Shown: positions 1 to 10,594 of the stretch, one piece after another
Numbering within the stretch: the stretch's first letter is position 1
How the letters are laid out: every line of letters starts with the position of its first letter
NCBI GenBank assembly: GCA_011364925.1
Contig: RDOA01000027.1
Span: 1-45,828 of the forward strand
From: Promethearchaeota archaeon
Lineage (GTDB): Archaea > Asgardarchaeota > Lokiarchaeia > Sigyniarchaeales > SOKP01
Reading direction: 5' to 3'
Length of the DNA stretch: 45,828 nucleotides
The notes under the pieces: model-generated
What the model was told of the DNA's origin: nothing
What the model saw: the letters and a program-made list of their open reading frames with translations, nothing else
Databases searched by the model: none
Made by a program: the position numbers and the translations under genes

Positions 1-129
1 TTAATCAAGATTCATAGCTTTTTCTTTTCTTTTTATTTGGCAAATCGGTATGTTTTATATAGAAGTTCAACGAAATATTCTAATATAGGTAATCCAATTT
101 GGAGCAATAATCTAAAAGAATTGATTTTA

Positions 130-756
130 TTGAACGAAACTCAGAATAAACTTATTGAATGTCCTGAATGCGGGAAGAAAAACGACTCTGTGGCTAAATT
201 CTGCAAATTTTGTGGAGCAAATATGGCACTACCCGATTTTCAACCCTTTGAAATTTCTCAGACCATGCAAATCAGAAGGGGAGTTTATTCAATCTGTTGC
301 GTAATCTTTATAGTATTAGTATTTTATCTGGCTCTTGTGGTATTTCCGAATGCTATGCCCCCTGCTGCAGCAGTAATTGCGTCGACTCTCTTTATGATAC
401 TTCTTGGAGGAGTAAGTTTCATTAGTTTGATATACATATTAGTGATATATCGCAGTGCAGGTAAGCGTAGAATCTTTTCTATATCGCCTAAAGGTATTCG
501 AGTGGTGCTTCCAAGAGAACCTGTATTCGAAATTAATTGGTCAAAATTTGATACAATTGAATTAAAAAAATGGACTGGTTCTCAAAACCAAAAATTGTAT
601 CGATTTTATTTCATGTTACATGGAATAGTTCGTGAAGAAATTCTTATAAAAGGATCTATGCATTTTAGTGGAGCGAATTGCAGGACAATTGTTTCTAAAT
701 TACACGAATATGCACTAAAAATGAACAAGCAATTTATTCAGGGTAAAAAAAGATAA
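130..756 (+). CDS. Zinc-ribbon membrane protein
   Basis: CPECG...CKFCG zinc ribbon followed by two hydrophobic helices; in-frame TTG at 130 preferred over the ORF-track start at 37. Confidence 0.65.
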   Translation: MNETQNKLIECPECGKKNDSVAKFCKFCGANMALPDFQPFEISQTMQIRRGVYSICCVIFIVLVFYLALVVFPNAMPPAAAVIASTLFMILLGGVSFISLIYILVIYRSAGKRRIFSISPKGIRVVLPREPVFEINWSKFDTIELKKWTGSQNQKLYRFYFMLHGIVREEILIKGSMHFSGANCRTIVSKLHEYALKMNKQFIQGKKR

Positions 757-768
757 TACTTTTTCAAC

Positions 769-1857
769 TTATATTCTTTTTATTTTCAAATCTTTCTCAA
801 AAAAACCCGATGAGATTAAGTTTAATTTATTTTTATCTAAGTGAGTATATAACTCAATAGAGGAATTTTTATTAATGTGATTATCTTTATTCTTTCTATT
901 TTCAAGTAACCTTTTAAGTGTTAAATAAACTGAGTATTTCGAATTATCACATCCTATCCACCTTCTGTTTAATTTATCAGCGACAGTCAAAGTAGTTCCA
1001 GAACCACAAAAAAGATCCGCGATTAAATCATCTTCATTACTTCCTATTTTAATTATCCTTTCTATTAAGTTGTGGTGTTTCTGAGTAGGAAAACCAGTCC
1101 ATTCTTTTGAGGCTGGCTGTAAACACGGTATTCTCCAAACATCATCAATTTTTTTATCCGTAACTGTACGGTAAATTACGTGACCATTTTCGTCCTTAGC
1201 GTTTTTCAGTACACCATTTACCATTTCTCTTTTAAGTTGTTTAATTGGTTTGCTCCGAGGGATTCTTTCTTCGTTAAAAGTATAGTTTGATGACTTAGAA
1301 TAGACCAAAATGTTATCGTGTGCACGCGGAAGATTTTGTTTTCCCGCAGAGTACTTATTGTAATAATACCAGATAATTTCATTTATGAATCGGTTCCTCC
1401 CAAATACTTCGTCCAGAATTAATTTAACATAATGACTTGCGTGCCAGTCTAAATGAATAAACAACAATCCTTGTTTAGATAAGAGCTTTTTAAAAACTAC
1501 AATCCTTTCATATAACATTTGTAAGTACGAGTCTAAATCTTTATTCCAACAATCAAAATAAGCTATTGAATCATATTTAGAATCTCCTTCTAAAATCCTT
1601 ATGTTGTAATTAGATCCAGAAAAGAAAGGAGGATCGATGTATATCAAATCAATTTTTTCTTCAAAATCATTTATGAGGTAGTATGATACATTTAGGTTAT
1701 CGCCCCAAAATAACATATTTTCCCATGTTTGATTCTTATCAACCTGAGATGTTTGAGGATTTAAATTAATTATTTCGTAATAATCTCGAAATGCATTTTT
1801 TAACCTAGCGATATTATTTAAAAATTCCCTCTTATTTTCCCAGATTAGCTTTACCAT
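769..1857 (-). CDS. Site-specific DNA methyltransferase (N6-A/N4-C, beta class)
   Basis: IDLIYIDPPF catalytic motif precedes the DLFCGSGTT SAM-binding motif; FPTQK motif present. Confidence 0.9.
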   Translation of the reverse strand: MVKLIWENKREFLNNIARLKNAFRDYYEIINLNPQTSQVDKNQTWENMLFWGDNLNVSYYLINDFEEKIDLIYIDPPFFSGSNYNIRILEGDSKYDSIAYFDCWNKDLDSYLQMLYERIVVFKKLLSKQGLLFIHLDWHASHYVKLILDEVFGRNRFINEIIWYYYNKYSAGKQNLPRAHDNILVYSKSSNYTFNEERIPRSKPIKQLKREMVNGVLKNAKDENGHVIYRTVTDKKIDDVWRIPCLQPASKEWTGFPTQKHHNLIERIIKIGSNEDDLIADLFCGSGTTLTVADKLNRRWIGCDNSKYSVYLTLKRLLENRKNKDNHINKNSSIELYTHLDKNKLNLISSGFFEKDLKIKRI

Positions 1858-1887
1858 TATAACTCATTAATTTATGATTGAATCTGA

Positions 1888-3159
1888 TTAGAGGATTGAT
1901 ATGTTAAATATCAATATTGTCAACCATGTCATTGAAATTAGGATACTTATTGTCACGAGAATATAAACGATAAGGTGAAGGACATATACTTTTTTGTTTT
2001 TCTTTTCATCCAAAGCTCTTGTAGAATAGAAAATCTTGTTCAATATTGCAGCAGATAATCCAATTGTTAACATCATTAGTGCGTTTCCTTCGCTAATTGA
2101 AGCTTTGTAAAACGAAAGTGCTACAAATAGAGAAGACGCACCTCCAGAAAGTAAACCCATTCCAAACACTATAATATAATAAGCGAGAAAAGGTAGTTCA
2201 AAAAAACTTAACACGATCGACAAAACTAAACCAATCAAATATGTTCCTGCAAAAATCAAAGCGCTTTTGATTGATAAGGGATTTTCTATTTTTTCTAAAG
2301 TTAGCTGAGTCTTTTTCCTTCTTAAAACTAAAAATGAACCAATTAAACCTATAAATGAAGTAACTAGAATAGGATATACAGCATAACCTAATAAATTTGG
2401 CGTGATCACTAACACAATAATCATCCTAATTAGCATTGTTTGAATTACAAGCCATATTGAAGAAGAAGATGCACCCGCTTCCGCTAGCTCAATAGTTGTA
2501 GCCTCACTGTGAGCAAAACCACCTAGAAACGAAATGTAATAAAGGTTTCTTTCGCTCGTGCTTTTTAATAAGAAGTAACTGAAATATTTTACCGCTAAAA
2601 TTATAATAAATATTATTATGATTGATTTAACACCAATACCAAAAATTTCCAAATTATCAGGAATCAAGATATAAAGCAATACTACAATCGCTATAAACTC
2701 AACAGTTCCCGTCCACTCAATATCTTTTAAGCTTCTAATTTTATTAAACTGCTTTTTAGTAGAAAGAATAATTAGAAAAATTACAGAGATTGTAATAGCA
2801 AGATATTCATTGTAATAACACATAGCCCCCACTATCATTGCTAATAACATTGAAAGTGTAGATGTATATCCAATATCTCCTTTACGAAATAACCTATGGA
2901 TAGAACCAATCAACAAAAAAATAATCATTCCGCCAAAAAATAAAACGGTAATAATAAATCCCTCCGATGTCGGTAAAAAAACTTCGTTTAGAATGATTAA
3001 AGATGTTGAAATCATTGAAAAAAAGATATGATCTCGAGCACCGTATTGGGCTTCAACCCTCGTACGCTCTATCCCTATAACAAAACCACAGAAAAACGAA
3101 ATAATGATTTTTAAAAATAAAATGTAAAATTCTTCTATTGGTATCATTTGGAACATCAA
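1888..3159 (-). CDS. MgtC/SapB-DUF4010 family membrane protein
   Basis: N-terminal GFVIGIER...GARDH MgtC-like motif, GGFAHSEATT motif, many TM helices. Confidence 0.75.
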   Translation of the reverse strand: MMFQMIPIEEFYILFLKIIISFFCGFVIGIERTRVEAQYGARDHIFFSMISTSLIILNEVFLPTSEGFIITVLFFGGMIIFLLIGSIHRLFRKGDIGYTSTLSMLLAMIVGAMCYYNEYLAITISVIFLIILSTKKQFNKIRSLKDIEWTGTVEFIAIVVLLYILIPDNLEIFGIGVKSIIIIFIIILAVKYFSYFLLKSTSERNLYYISFLGGFAHSEATTIELAEAGASSSSIWLVIQTMLIRMIIVLVITPNLLGYAVYPILVTSFIGLIGSFLVLRRKKTQLTLEKIENPLSIKSALIFAGTYLIGLVLSIVLSFFELPFLAYYIIVFGMGLLSGGASSLFVALSFYKASISEGNALMMLTIGLSAAILNKIFYSTRALDEKKNKKVYVLHLIVYILVTISILISMTWLTILIFNISIL

Positions 3160-3217
3160 AAAAATCTCGTTTTTATGAAATGTTCGAATAAATTTAAAAA
3201 TAAAACAAGAAGAAAAT

Positions 3218-3928
3218 TTAATCTTGTTTTCCAGAAAAAATTTCTTCCAATTCTTTATCTGAGAGGAAACCCTTTACAGACATCACTTCCCGAATCTTTT
3301 CAATAACTTGAGGCGCTCCTTTTGCCTCTTCAATATAACCCTCTAAGGATTTAATCTTTAATCCCATTGCTTCTATTTCTTTATTTTTTGCAACTATGTC
3401 ATTTTTCGTCCTGATGATTTCAGCTTCTTTACCATTTAATTGGTCTTTTAATTCGTCCCTTAAACTTTCAATTTCAACATATTTATCAGAAATCGTTTGT
3501 TGCAAATCTTTTTTTATGCTTTCAAGTTCTCTATCTTTTTGCTCATAATCTTCTTTTAATGATGCAACTTGAGGTTCAAGGTCCTTTAATTTTATTTCTG
3601 CATTTGAATATTTGTTTTTAAAATCTGAATGTTCGTTTCTTAAGCTCTCTAATTCCGTTCGCATCTTGTCATTTTCCTCCTTTAGAGAACTCAAATCTTC
3701 TTTAACAGAGTTCAGTTCTTGTGTTGTGTTACTTAGTTTTGATTCGTTGTTAGATAACTCTGTTTTAGTTTGGCTTAGTTCTTTAGAAATATTATCAATG
3801 TTTTTTTCCCTCTGTTTTAATTGTTTTTCTATATCTTCGATTTTTGCTCTTAAGTCCAATAAAAATCGCCCTTCTACTTTCTGGGATTTTTCTGGATTTT
3901 CTGACGCTTTTTCCCAGTCAATTGAAAT
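3218..3928 (-). CDS. Coiled-coil protein, paralog A (probable ATT start)
   Basis: Long E/K-rich heptad region; frame is open upstream of the ORF-track start to ATT at 3928 (ISIDWEK...QKVEGRFLLDLRAKI), matching the neighbouring paralog. Confidence 0.75.
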   Translation of the reverse strand: MSIDWEKASENPEKSQKVEGRFLLDLRAKIEDIEKQLKQREKNIDNISKELSQTKTELSNNESKLSNTTQELNSVKEDLSSLKEENDKMRTELESLRNEHSDFKNKYSNAEIKLKDLEPQVASLKEDYEQKDRELESIKKDLQQTISDKYVEIESLRDELKDQLNGKEAEIIRTKNDIVAKNKEIEAMGLKIKSLEGYIEEAKGAPQVIEKIREVMSVKGFLSDKELEEIFSGKQD

Positions 3929-4045
3929 TTCTCTTACACCTTTATTTATTTTCTTTTTACTTCATTATTTTTAATTTATAATTTTAGCATATACAATAAA
4001 TATTTTATTCAAATTATTTATTCACTCATATATCATCTGTTAAAA

Positions 4046-4708
4046 TCACTCGAAATCCTTTAAGATATTATCCATCTCTCGGTCACTAATAAAACCTTTA
4101 TGAACCATAGTATCTCTAACGCGGTCCAATATTTTAGGTGCAGCATCTACTTCAGTGAGTTTTTTCTCAAGCAATTTAACTTTTATTATTAATTCTTCTG
4201 TTTCAGCTTGATTTTCCTTGATGACTTGATTGAATCCATTAATTTCTTTTTTCGCATTTTCTAAATCTTCTTTATGGTTCTCAATGGTTTTATCTTTAAA
4301 TTTAATGCTTTGTTCCATCTCAGCGTTTTTCTCTGAAATAAATTTTAAATCATGCTCTAAGTTATTTATTGTATCGTTAGCTTCTTTTAAATTTGATTCT
4401 AGTTCCTCTAATTTTGGTCTCAATCGAGTTAACTCAATATCAGTATTTAATTTACTTTCAGACACATTATCTAAATTCTTTTTAGCCGAGGAGAACTTTT
4501 CACTGATTTTAACTAAACTTTTTTCTCTCCCAGTTAGTTTATTCTGAGTTTCTTTTAGTTCTTCTTTTGTTTTATTCAACTCTTCTTTTAGTCTTGCGGA
4601 TTCTCGTTCTAACTCATTAATTTTAGCCCGTAAATCTAACAGTATTCGACCCTCAACTTTTTGCAGTTTAGACGGATTTAGTTCACATTTCTCCCAATTT
4701 ATGCTAAT
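4046..4708 (-). CDS. Coiled-coil protein, paralog B (probable ATT start)
   Basis: Frame extends to ATT at 4708 (ISINWEK...QKVEGRILLDLRAKI) behind AGGTGGAGG; C-terminus KGFISDREM matches paralog A KGFLSDKEL. Confidence 0.75.
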   Translation of the reverse strand: MSINWEKCELNPSKLQKVEGRILLDLRAKINELERESARLKEELNKTKEELKETQNKLTGREKSLVKISEKFSSAKKNLDNVSESKLNTDIELTRLRPKLEELESNLKEANDTINNLEHDLKFISEKNAEMEQSIKFKDKTIENHKEDLENAKKEINGFNQVIKENQAETEELIIKVKLLEKKLTEVDAAPKILDRVRDTMVHKGFISDREMDNILKDFE

Positions 4709-4932
4709 AAGCCTCCACCTTTAACTTGAAATTGTCATTTATTTTACTTGTAGTTTGATGATATATGTTCAAAATTACCTTTGAGATTTTCTCTTAGTTG
4801 TTAAGAACTTATATTAATAGTCTCTTTTTCATTTATTAAACTTTGCTAAGCTATTTATTTTTTATAAGGAGTATTTATTATATCGAATACAGATATTCAT
4901 TAAAATAAAAATACCAGAAAAAAATTTCTCAA

Positions 4933-5733
4933 ATGGCAAAATTAAGTTTTGGGTGTGCGGGTTGGGATTATAAAGATTGGGTTGGAACCTTTTACCCTAA
5001 ACCACTTGAAAGGAACAACCATTTGGAATTTTACTCGAAATTTTTTGATATTATTGAAGTTAATTCCACCTTTTACAATCTTCCCACCAAAGCAATGGTT
5101 TCTAACTGGTATCATCAAGTTCCCTTAAATTTCAAGTTTATAGTTAAAGTATGGCAGAGAATTACTCATAACTTAAATGATCCCGATCTTGATTATCTTA
5201 TTTCTCAGTTTTTCACGCAATTAACCCCCCTGAGAGAAAAAGTTTTGCTCTTTTTATTCCAATTCCCTCCTTGGTTTAAATTTACAGAAAAGCACGCTTC
5301 ACAACTGAAATTTTTATTGAATCAACTCCCTCAAGAACATAAGTATGTGATAGAATTACGCGATAACTCTTGGTTTAATGAAGAGATCGTTTCAGAGATA
5401 ATTGATGGAAAGAGAATAATTTTAGGAACAACTTACATGCCTGGAATTGAAGCTTACTATTATAATAACCAAAATATATATTACATTCGTCTTATAGGCG
5501 ACCGAGAGTTAAACGAGTTTAATCGAATTCAGAGGAATCAAGAAGAAAGCGTAAATGGTCTTCTTAGAAGCTTACAAAATCTTGAAAACAAGCCTAACAT
5601 TTTTGAGATTTTTATAATCGTTAACAACCATTTTATGGGTAACGCACCTGAATCCATCAATCTATTAAAGAAGATGTTAAATCTACCAGTAAAAGATTTC
5701 GATCAACAGAAAAAATTGTCCGATTATTTCTAA
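4933..5733 (+). CDS. DUF72 family TIM-barrel protein
   Basis: GCAGWDYKDW, EVNSTFY, FQFPP, ELR and NNH motifs typical of DUF72. Confidence 0.9.
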   Translation: MAKLSFGCAGWDYKDWVGTFYPKPLERNNHLEFYSKFFDIIEVNSTFYNLPTKAMVSNWYHQVPLNFKFIVKVWQRITHNLNDPDLDYLISQFFTQLTPLREKVLLFLFQFPPWFKFTEKHASQLKFLLNQLPQEHKYVIELRDNSWFNEEIVSEIIDGKRIILGTTYMPGIEAYYYNNQNIYYIRLIGDRELNEFNRIQRNQEESVNGLLRSLQNLENKPNIFEIFIIVNNHFMGNAPESINLLKKMLNLPVKDFDQQKKLSDYF

Positions 5734-5770
5734 TCTAAAATTCTAAAAAGAAAAAATAAAAAGTAAAAAT

Positions 5771-6472
5771 TTAGAGAATATTTGCGAAGACACTTACCCC
5801 GAATCCCCAAAGTAGAATTCCTTGGACAAAACCAAAGACCATAATAACGAAAGCAATAGGAGGCCATGAGAGAAATTTGGAAATCATTTGCGGTATTTTA
5901 ATGAAAAATTTAGTTACAACGGCAACGAGAGCGGTCACAATGAGGAAAATGATAATTAATACCCATTTTGGGTCAATATAACCGGCAATCCATTTTACAA
6001 CATAGTCAGGCACAGATAAAGCTAAAATCACAACCGTGGCTGATCCTGCAATAAGACCAAGGAGACTAGTAAGGGGAAAATCCTTTACAGGTTTAAAGAA
6101 CATTGCTATTCCAACAATAATCAAAAAAATACATGTAAAATGATCTGCCTGATTTGCAGTAACATCACGATAGGCAAAGCTTGGGGGAATATTTTGAATT
6201 AATCCCATAGACCCCGCCCAGATATCAAGTATTCCAATGATTACACCCGAGTAAGATATAATTCTTAATATAATTCTCATTGATTTGGAAATTAAAGATT
6301 CTTTTCCCTCATCAGATTTTCTGGTAAAGAACGAACCTCTTCGTTTCCGCTCGAAACCCAACCAAGATAAAAAGACAATACCGCTAATGAGAACAAAAAT
6401 TCCTGCTGATTCTGAAACCCAATTGAAAAATCCGCTTATATAGGGCCAAATAACATCGAATTGTAATATCAT
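5771..6472 (-). CDS. Hypothetical membrane protein
   Basis: 233-aa ORF with about 6 hydrophobic segments. Confidence 0.7.
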   Translation of the reverse strand: MILQFDVIWPYISGFFNWVSESAGIFVLISGIVFLSWLGFERKRRGSFFTRKSDEGKESLISKSMRIILRIISYSGVIIGILDIWAGSMGLIQNIPPSFAYRDVTANQADHFTCIFLIIVGIAMFFKPVKDFPLTSLLGLIAGSATVVILALSVPDYVVKWIAGYIDPKWVLIIIFLIVTALVAVVTKFFIKIPQMISKFLSWPPIAFVIMVFGFVQGILLWGFGVSVFANIL

Positions 6473-6593
6473 TTCTCAACATCACATACAAATTAACTAA
6501 AATTTAATTATTACATCGAGTAAGCTTTTTTATACTTATCGTTAGATCCTTCATATTATAAAACCTTAAATATTTGAGGTCTATCATTTTTGT

Positions 6594-7883
6594 ATGGATA
6601 CTATAGATAACTTAAAAAAGTTAGGACTAAAAGAAAATCGTAAGTATTTAATTCTGATAATATGGCTTTTAGTAAATATCACAATTATTCAGCTCCCATT
6701 TGGTATCACAGTCGAGATTTTTAGCGTTAAAGTAGATTTATTAGATTTAATTGGTGTTGTAACTTATATCCCCTTTCTAACATTCTTAATATTCGTGTTC
6801 TTATATTCTCTTATTGCTAAAAAAGATGTTAAAGAAGTAGCTTCGTGGAAGATATTATTAACTTTCTTTTTAACGCTTCCATTAATGTTTTTCTTGATCC
6901 CAATAATGGTAGGTATCTTTTTATTCTCTATCTTCTCTTATATATTCTTTACATCGTGGTTCATCTTATATGGTGGGTATCTTTCAAGTAAAAGATTGGA
7001 CAATAACCTCAAGAAGCGTGTACATAGCACTTTTTACAGAACAATTCAATTTTTTGGCGGTTCGACCCTTTCAATTGTTCTATTAGTTGGTTATGTGTTA
7101 GGTTCCCAGACTATTGGTAATTTAGTAGGATTAACCTTAACTCAAGCTGTTTACGATACATTGAACTATGTTGTAATTTTCATCGGGACTATAATTCTTA
7201 TGTTTATTATCGTTGGAATTGTGTTCATGGTTAAAAAAATCTTTAACGCTTGGTTAGGCATGTTTTCTCTAATGGTGGTAATATATACATTTTATTTGAT
7301 TGTTAAGATCTTCTTAGCTTTGAGAAGTACGGGTGGAGAAGATACTTCACCTACTACACAAGTAATAATGTTGATTTTAGATCTGTTAATATTACTCTAT
7401 TCTGTGAGTACTTTAATGGGTTCTCAAGCTGAGCTTTTAAGCAAAAAGCTAAAAAATAAACGGATAGGAGTTGATTCTGTTTTAATCTGGCTCGTGTTTT
7501 CAAAAGTAGCTTATGAATTTATCCATAATTATCCTTTTACATTGTTTAGTGGTTTCGCGTATATTAATTACATTGACTTATTAGATGAGAGTATAATTAA
7601 CTTGAGTAAAAATATCGGAGTTCTCTTTTTCTTTCTGATTCTTTTAGTAGCATTAGGCTTTTATCAAATAAGAAAATACAACCTTAACGAAAGAAAATTT
7701 AAGGATAAAATAGATCAAGAAGTTAAAGATTTATTAAGCCCTATAGAATTTGTTGAACAAGTAAAAGAACCTCTCCATGAAACTGAACCCTTAAATGAGG
7801 AAGAGAGTGTAAAAGTTGATTCCCACGAAGAAGAACCCCCCACTGAATATAATGAAGAAGATTTTTCAGAAGATCTTTTTTAA
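6594..7883 (+). CDS. Hypothetical polytopic membrane protein with acidic C-terminal tail
   Basis: 429-aa ORF, about 10 TM segments, E/D-rich tail. Confidence 0.7.
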   Translation: MDTIDNLKKLGLKENRKYLILIIWLLVNITIIQLPFGITVEIFSVKVDLLDLIGVVTYIPFLTFLIFVFLYSLIAKKDVKEVASWKILLTFFLTLPLMFFLIPIMVGIFLFSIFSYIFFTSWFILYGGYLSSKRLDNNLKKRVHSTFYRTIQFFGGSTLSIVLLVGYVLGSQTIGNLVGLTLTQAVYDTLNYVVIFIGTIILMFIIVGIVFMVKKIFNAWLGMFSLMVVIYTFYLIVKIFLALRSTGGEDTSPTTQVIMLILDLLILLYSVSTLMGSQAELLSKKLKNKRIGVDSVLIWLVFSKVAYEFIHNYPFTLFSGFAYINYIDLLDESIINLSKNIGVLFFFLILLVALGFYQIRKYNLNERKFKDKIDQEVKDLLSPIEFVEQVKEPLHETEPLNEEESVKVDSHEEEPPTEYNEEDFSEDLF

Positions 7884-8014
7884 TCAGTTTTTACTTTCTT
7901 TTTTATTTTATTAACTTTTTATTGAAGAAAAATCACAAATTTGTATGAGATTAATCCTTTAATAAATAGTTTTATTAACCAGTAAATTAAAACAAATCAC
8001 ACTTATATTTATAG

Positions 8015-8551
8015 GTGCCATCTCTGATGAGTGAAACTGAGAATTCAATTGATAAGGAGTTGTTTCTCGAGAAATTCGAAAAAATGTCGTTAAAAATCGA
8101 GCAATTAACTCACGAAATTTCTAAAATGAAAGATAAGTTGGATAAAACCAACAAGATTAATAGGAGCTTCGGATTAGAGGCAATAAGAAATTCAAAGCCT
8201 TTAACATTTGCAAAAGAGGTTCATGGGATAAAAAGCCCTACAAAAAGATATATCTTATCAATTAGAACAGTTTCAGAGTTATGGAAAGGCAGAAAAAACG
8301 ATTTTTTGATTACTATTAGGCAACAAGAGAGAGAAACGCATATGGACTTGAAAGCTCTTGGAATTAGAATTCCTATTGATGACATGAAGAATCTCACAAC
8401 CTTAGCAAAGGAAGTTCTTTCATTGCTTTATATTTCAAGTGAATTAAAAGGTATCGAAATCACCGAGATTTTAAGGGAGATTATTTCTGAAATCAATAAA
8501 GATGGAGATTCTATGGTCCGAGAAATCAAGCAAAATATGATGCTTCAATAA
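8015..8551 (+). CDS. Hypothetical protein with N-terminal coiled coil
   Basis: 178-aa ORF; no family recognised. Confidence 0.6.
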   Translation: MPSLMSETENSIDKELFLEKFEKMSLKIEQLTHEISKMKDKLDKTNKINRSFGLEAIRNSKPLTFAKEVHGIKSPTKRYILSIRTVSELWKGRKNDFLITIRQQERETHMDLKALGIRIPIDDMKNLTTLAKEVLSLLYISSELKGIEITEILREIISEINKDGDSMVREIKQNMMLQ

Positions 8552-8559
8552 TAGACATA

Positions 8560-9315
8560 TTACTCTTTACATATTTCAAATAGCATTTTAAGTGCTTTTA
8601 ATCCTCTTGTAGTAATGTGATAAGTTTTATCTTGATCACTAACTTCAACAAATCCAGCATTTTTTAATTCTTTAAGATGAAAATGAAAATGACCTCCTTT
8701 TAATCCTAAAATTCTTTCTAAATGAGAATAATGATTACTTCCTCTTGTAAGCTCTTTTAAGATTTTTATGCGCATCTCGTTTCCTAACACTGACATAAGT
8801 TTGCTCTCATGTTTTTCATTCCCTTCAAACGAATCGAATTCCACTTCTCTTTTGAGCATTTCGTTGAAACTTGAAGTTGCTTTACTATTTGATATAAATA
8901 ATAAATCTCTAATGTTTAATAACATAGATTTAGCGTTCTCTATACAAGATTCATCATTACAAATCCCAGTTTTAAAATATGAGTCTGCAATGTCGATATA
9001 TTTATTTACTAACATTTTTGCATCTTGATATCCTTTCTCTGAAAGGACTCTCAAAATTTTCATGGTTGCTTTTTGGATTGATGTAGAACATTGATTTAGC
9101 ACCTCACAATTAGGAGGTCTATTATCCAAGAAGATGTTTACCATTTCTTCTGTGGATTTTAATAATTGGGTACTCATTTCTGTTTTAATTTGATTTCTTG
9201 AAGTGAGATCATAATCTACCTTCATTTTAAGAAGAATATCTTGAAGTGATGCTAGTTTATTGTTTAAATCCTTAAAATTATGATCGTTATTCACTGTAGT
9301 ATCATGATTTTCCAT
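8560..9315 (-). CDS. ArsR-like winged-helix regulator with Cys-containing N-terminal domain
   Basis: C-terminal LGNEMRIKILKEL...HFHLKELKNAGFV...YHITTRG wHTH; four Cys upstream. Confidence 0.8.
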   Translation of the reverse strand: MENHDTTVNNDHNFKDLNNKLASLQDILLKMKVDYDLTSRNQIKTEMSTQLLKSTEEMVNIFLDNRPPNCEVLNQCSTSIQKATMKILRVLSEKGYQDAKMLVNKYIDIADSYFKTGICNDESCIENAKSMLLNIRDLLFISNSKATSSFNEMLKREVEFDSFEGNEKHESKLMSVLGNEMRIKILKELTRGSNHYSHLERILGLKGGHFHFHLKELKNAGFVEVSDQDKTYHITTRGLKALKMLFEICKE

Positions 9316-9336
9316 TTTTTATCACTATAATAATCT

Positions 9337-9365
9337 GTAGTAAATACTACTATATTTATATAGTA
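9337..9365. promoter_or_regulatory. Overlapping palindromes in a divergent promoter (candidate operator)
   Basis: GTAGTA-AA-TACTAC (9337-9350) and TACTATAT-TT-ATATAGTA (9348-9365) between the regulator and Fe-S genes. Confidence 0.45.
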
Positions 9366-9399
9366 TGAATGATTGCCATAATTTATAAAATTAACTAAA

Positions 9400-10521
9400 A
9401 TGATGTTAATGAATGAACAAGGATTAGAAATTTATAAAAAATTACGCCAACATCTAGATAATCAACCAGTTGGATATCCTGAAACTGAATCTGGAGTTGA
9501 GATTCGAATTTTAGAACACCTTTTCACTCCAGAACAAGCTGAAATTGCACTAACTCTTGGATTTTATCCAGATAAGCTCCAAAAAATCCATAGGAAGTTA
9601 AAAAAATATGGTTTAGAGGAATTAGAACAGAAATTGGACGAGATGTATTTTAATGGTTTAATTAATCGAGGAATTCGAAATGAAAACAATATAGATATCA
9701 AGTATTATGCTTCAGCTCCACTTGCCATTGGTATGTTCGAATACCAATTAAATCGTCTGAAACCTGAATTCTTTAAAGATGTAAAGCAGTATTTCGATGA
9801 AGCATTTATGGAAGAGTATAACAGAATACACATCCCTCAATTGCGTACCATTCCTATAGAGCAAACGGTTGATCACGAGCAAACTATTGCCACATATGAT
9901 GACTTAAAAAAAGTAATTGAAACTATTGGAGGACCAATAGCAGTTGCAGAATGTATTTGTAGAAAGGGTATGGACCTTCTCGGAGAATCATGTAAAAAAA
10001 CTGATTTACGAGAATCTTGTTTTTCCTTCAGGACGGCCGCTAAATTATACATTGAGAAAGGTCTTGGAAGAGAAGTTAGTAAGGAGGAAGCTCTTGATAT
10101 CTTAAAAAAAGCTCAAGAAGATGGTTTAGTTCTTCAACCTGGAAACTCTCAGCGCCCTATGAACATTTGTACATGCTGTGGCTGTTGTTGCGAAGTATTA
10201 ACACATCAAAGCAAACTTGAAGAACCAGCTCAATTCTTTGCAACCAATTTCTATGCTAAAGTTGATCCAAACGAATGTATCGGCTGTGGAACATGCGAAG
10301 AACGATGTAATATGGATGCTGTTCATGTAGAAGATGCTATTGCGGAAGTAAACTTAGCACGTTGCATCGGTTGTGGTGTTTGCGTGCCAACATGTACTTC
10401 CGAAGCAATAAAACTATATAAAAGGGAAGGGGAAACCGTACCACCAAAAAATACCATAGAGACTTACATGGCTATAATGGACAAAAAAGCCGAATTAGCT
10501 AGAATAGAAAAAACCAATTAG
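9400..10521 (+). CDS. 4Fe-4S dicluster-binding protein
   Basis: CICR, ICTCCGCCC and two CxxCxxCxxxC ferredoxin motifs. Confidence 0.88.
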   Translation: MMLMNEQGLEIYKKLRQHLDNQPVGYPETESGVEIRILEHLFTPEQAEIALTLGFYPDKLQKIHRKLKKYGLEELEQKLDEMYFNGLINRGIRNENNIDIKYYASAPLAIGMFEYQLNRLKPEFFKDVKQYFDEAFMEEYNRIHIPQLRTIPIEQTVDHEQTIATYDDLKKVIETIGGPIAVAECICRKGMDLLGESCKKTDLRESCFSFRTAAKLYIEKGLGREVSKEEALDILKKAQEDGLVLQPGNSQRPMNICTCCGCCCEVLTHQSKLEEPAQFFATNFYAKVDPNECIGCGTCEERCNMDAVHVEDAIAEVNLARCIGCGVCVPTCTSEAIKLYKREGETVPPKNTIETYMAIMDKKAELARIEKTN

Positions 10522-10572
10522 TCAAAGAATCGGGAATTAACATTAAAAATCGATTTAACTACCATTTAGATT

Positions 10573-10594
10573 TCGTGAAACAGAAGTTTCACGA
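10573..10594. other. Perfect 9-bp hairpin downstream of the Fe-S gene
   Basis: TCGTGAAAC-AGAA-GTTTCACGA; function unknown. Confidence 0.4.

Noticed and set aside
769-1857. Complete restriction-modification or defence island
   Set aside because: No adjacent endonuclease recognised; appears to be an orphan methyltransferase
3612-4547. Plus-strand ORFs 3612-3974 and 4230-4547, and the other short antisense or alternate-frame ORFs in the track
   Set aside because: Shadows of well-supported genes; S/L/F-rich with no motifs
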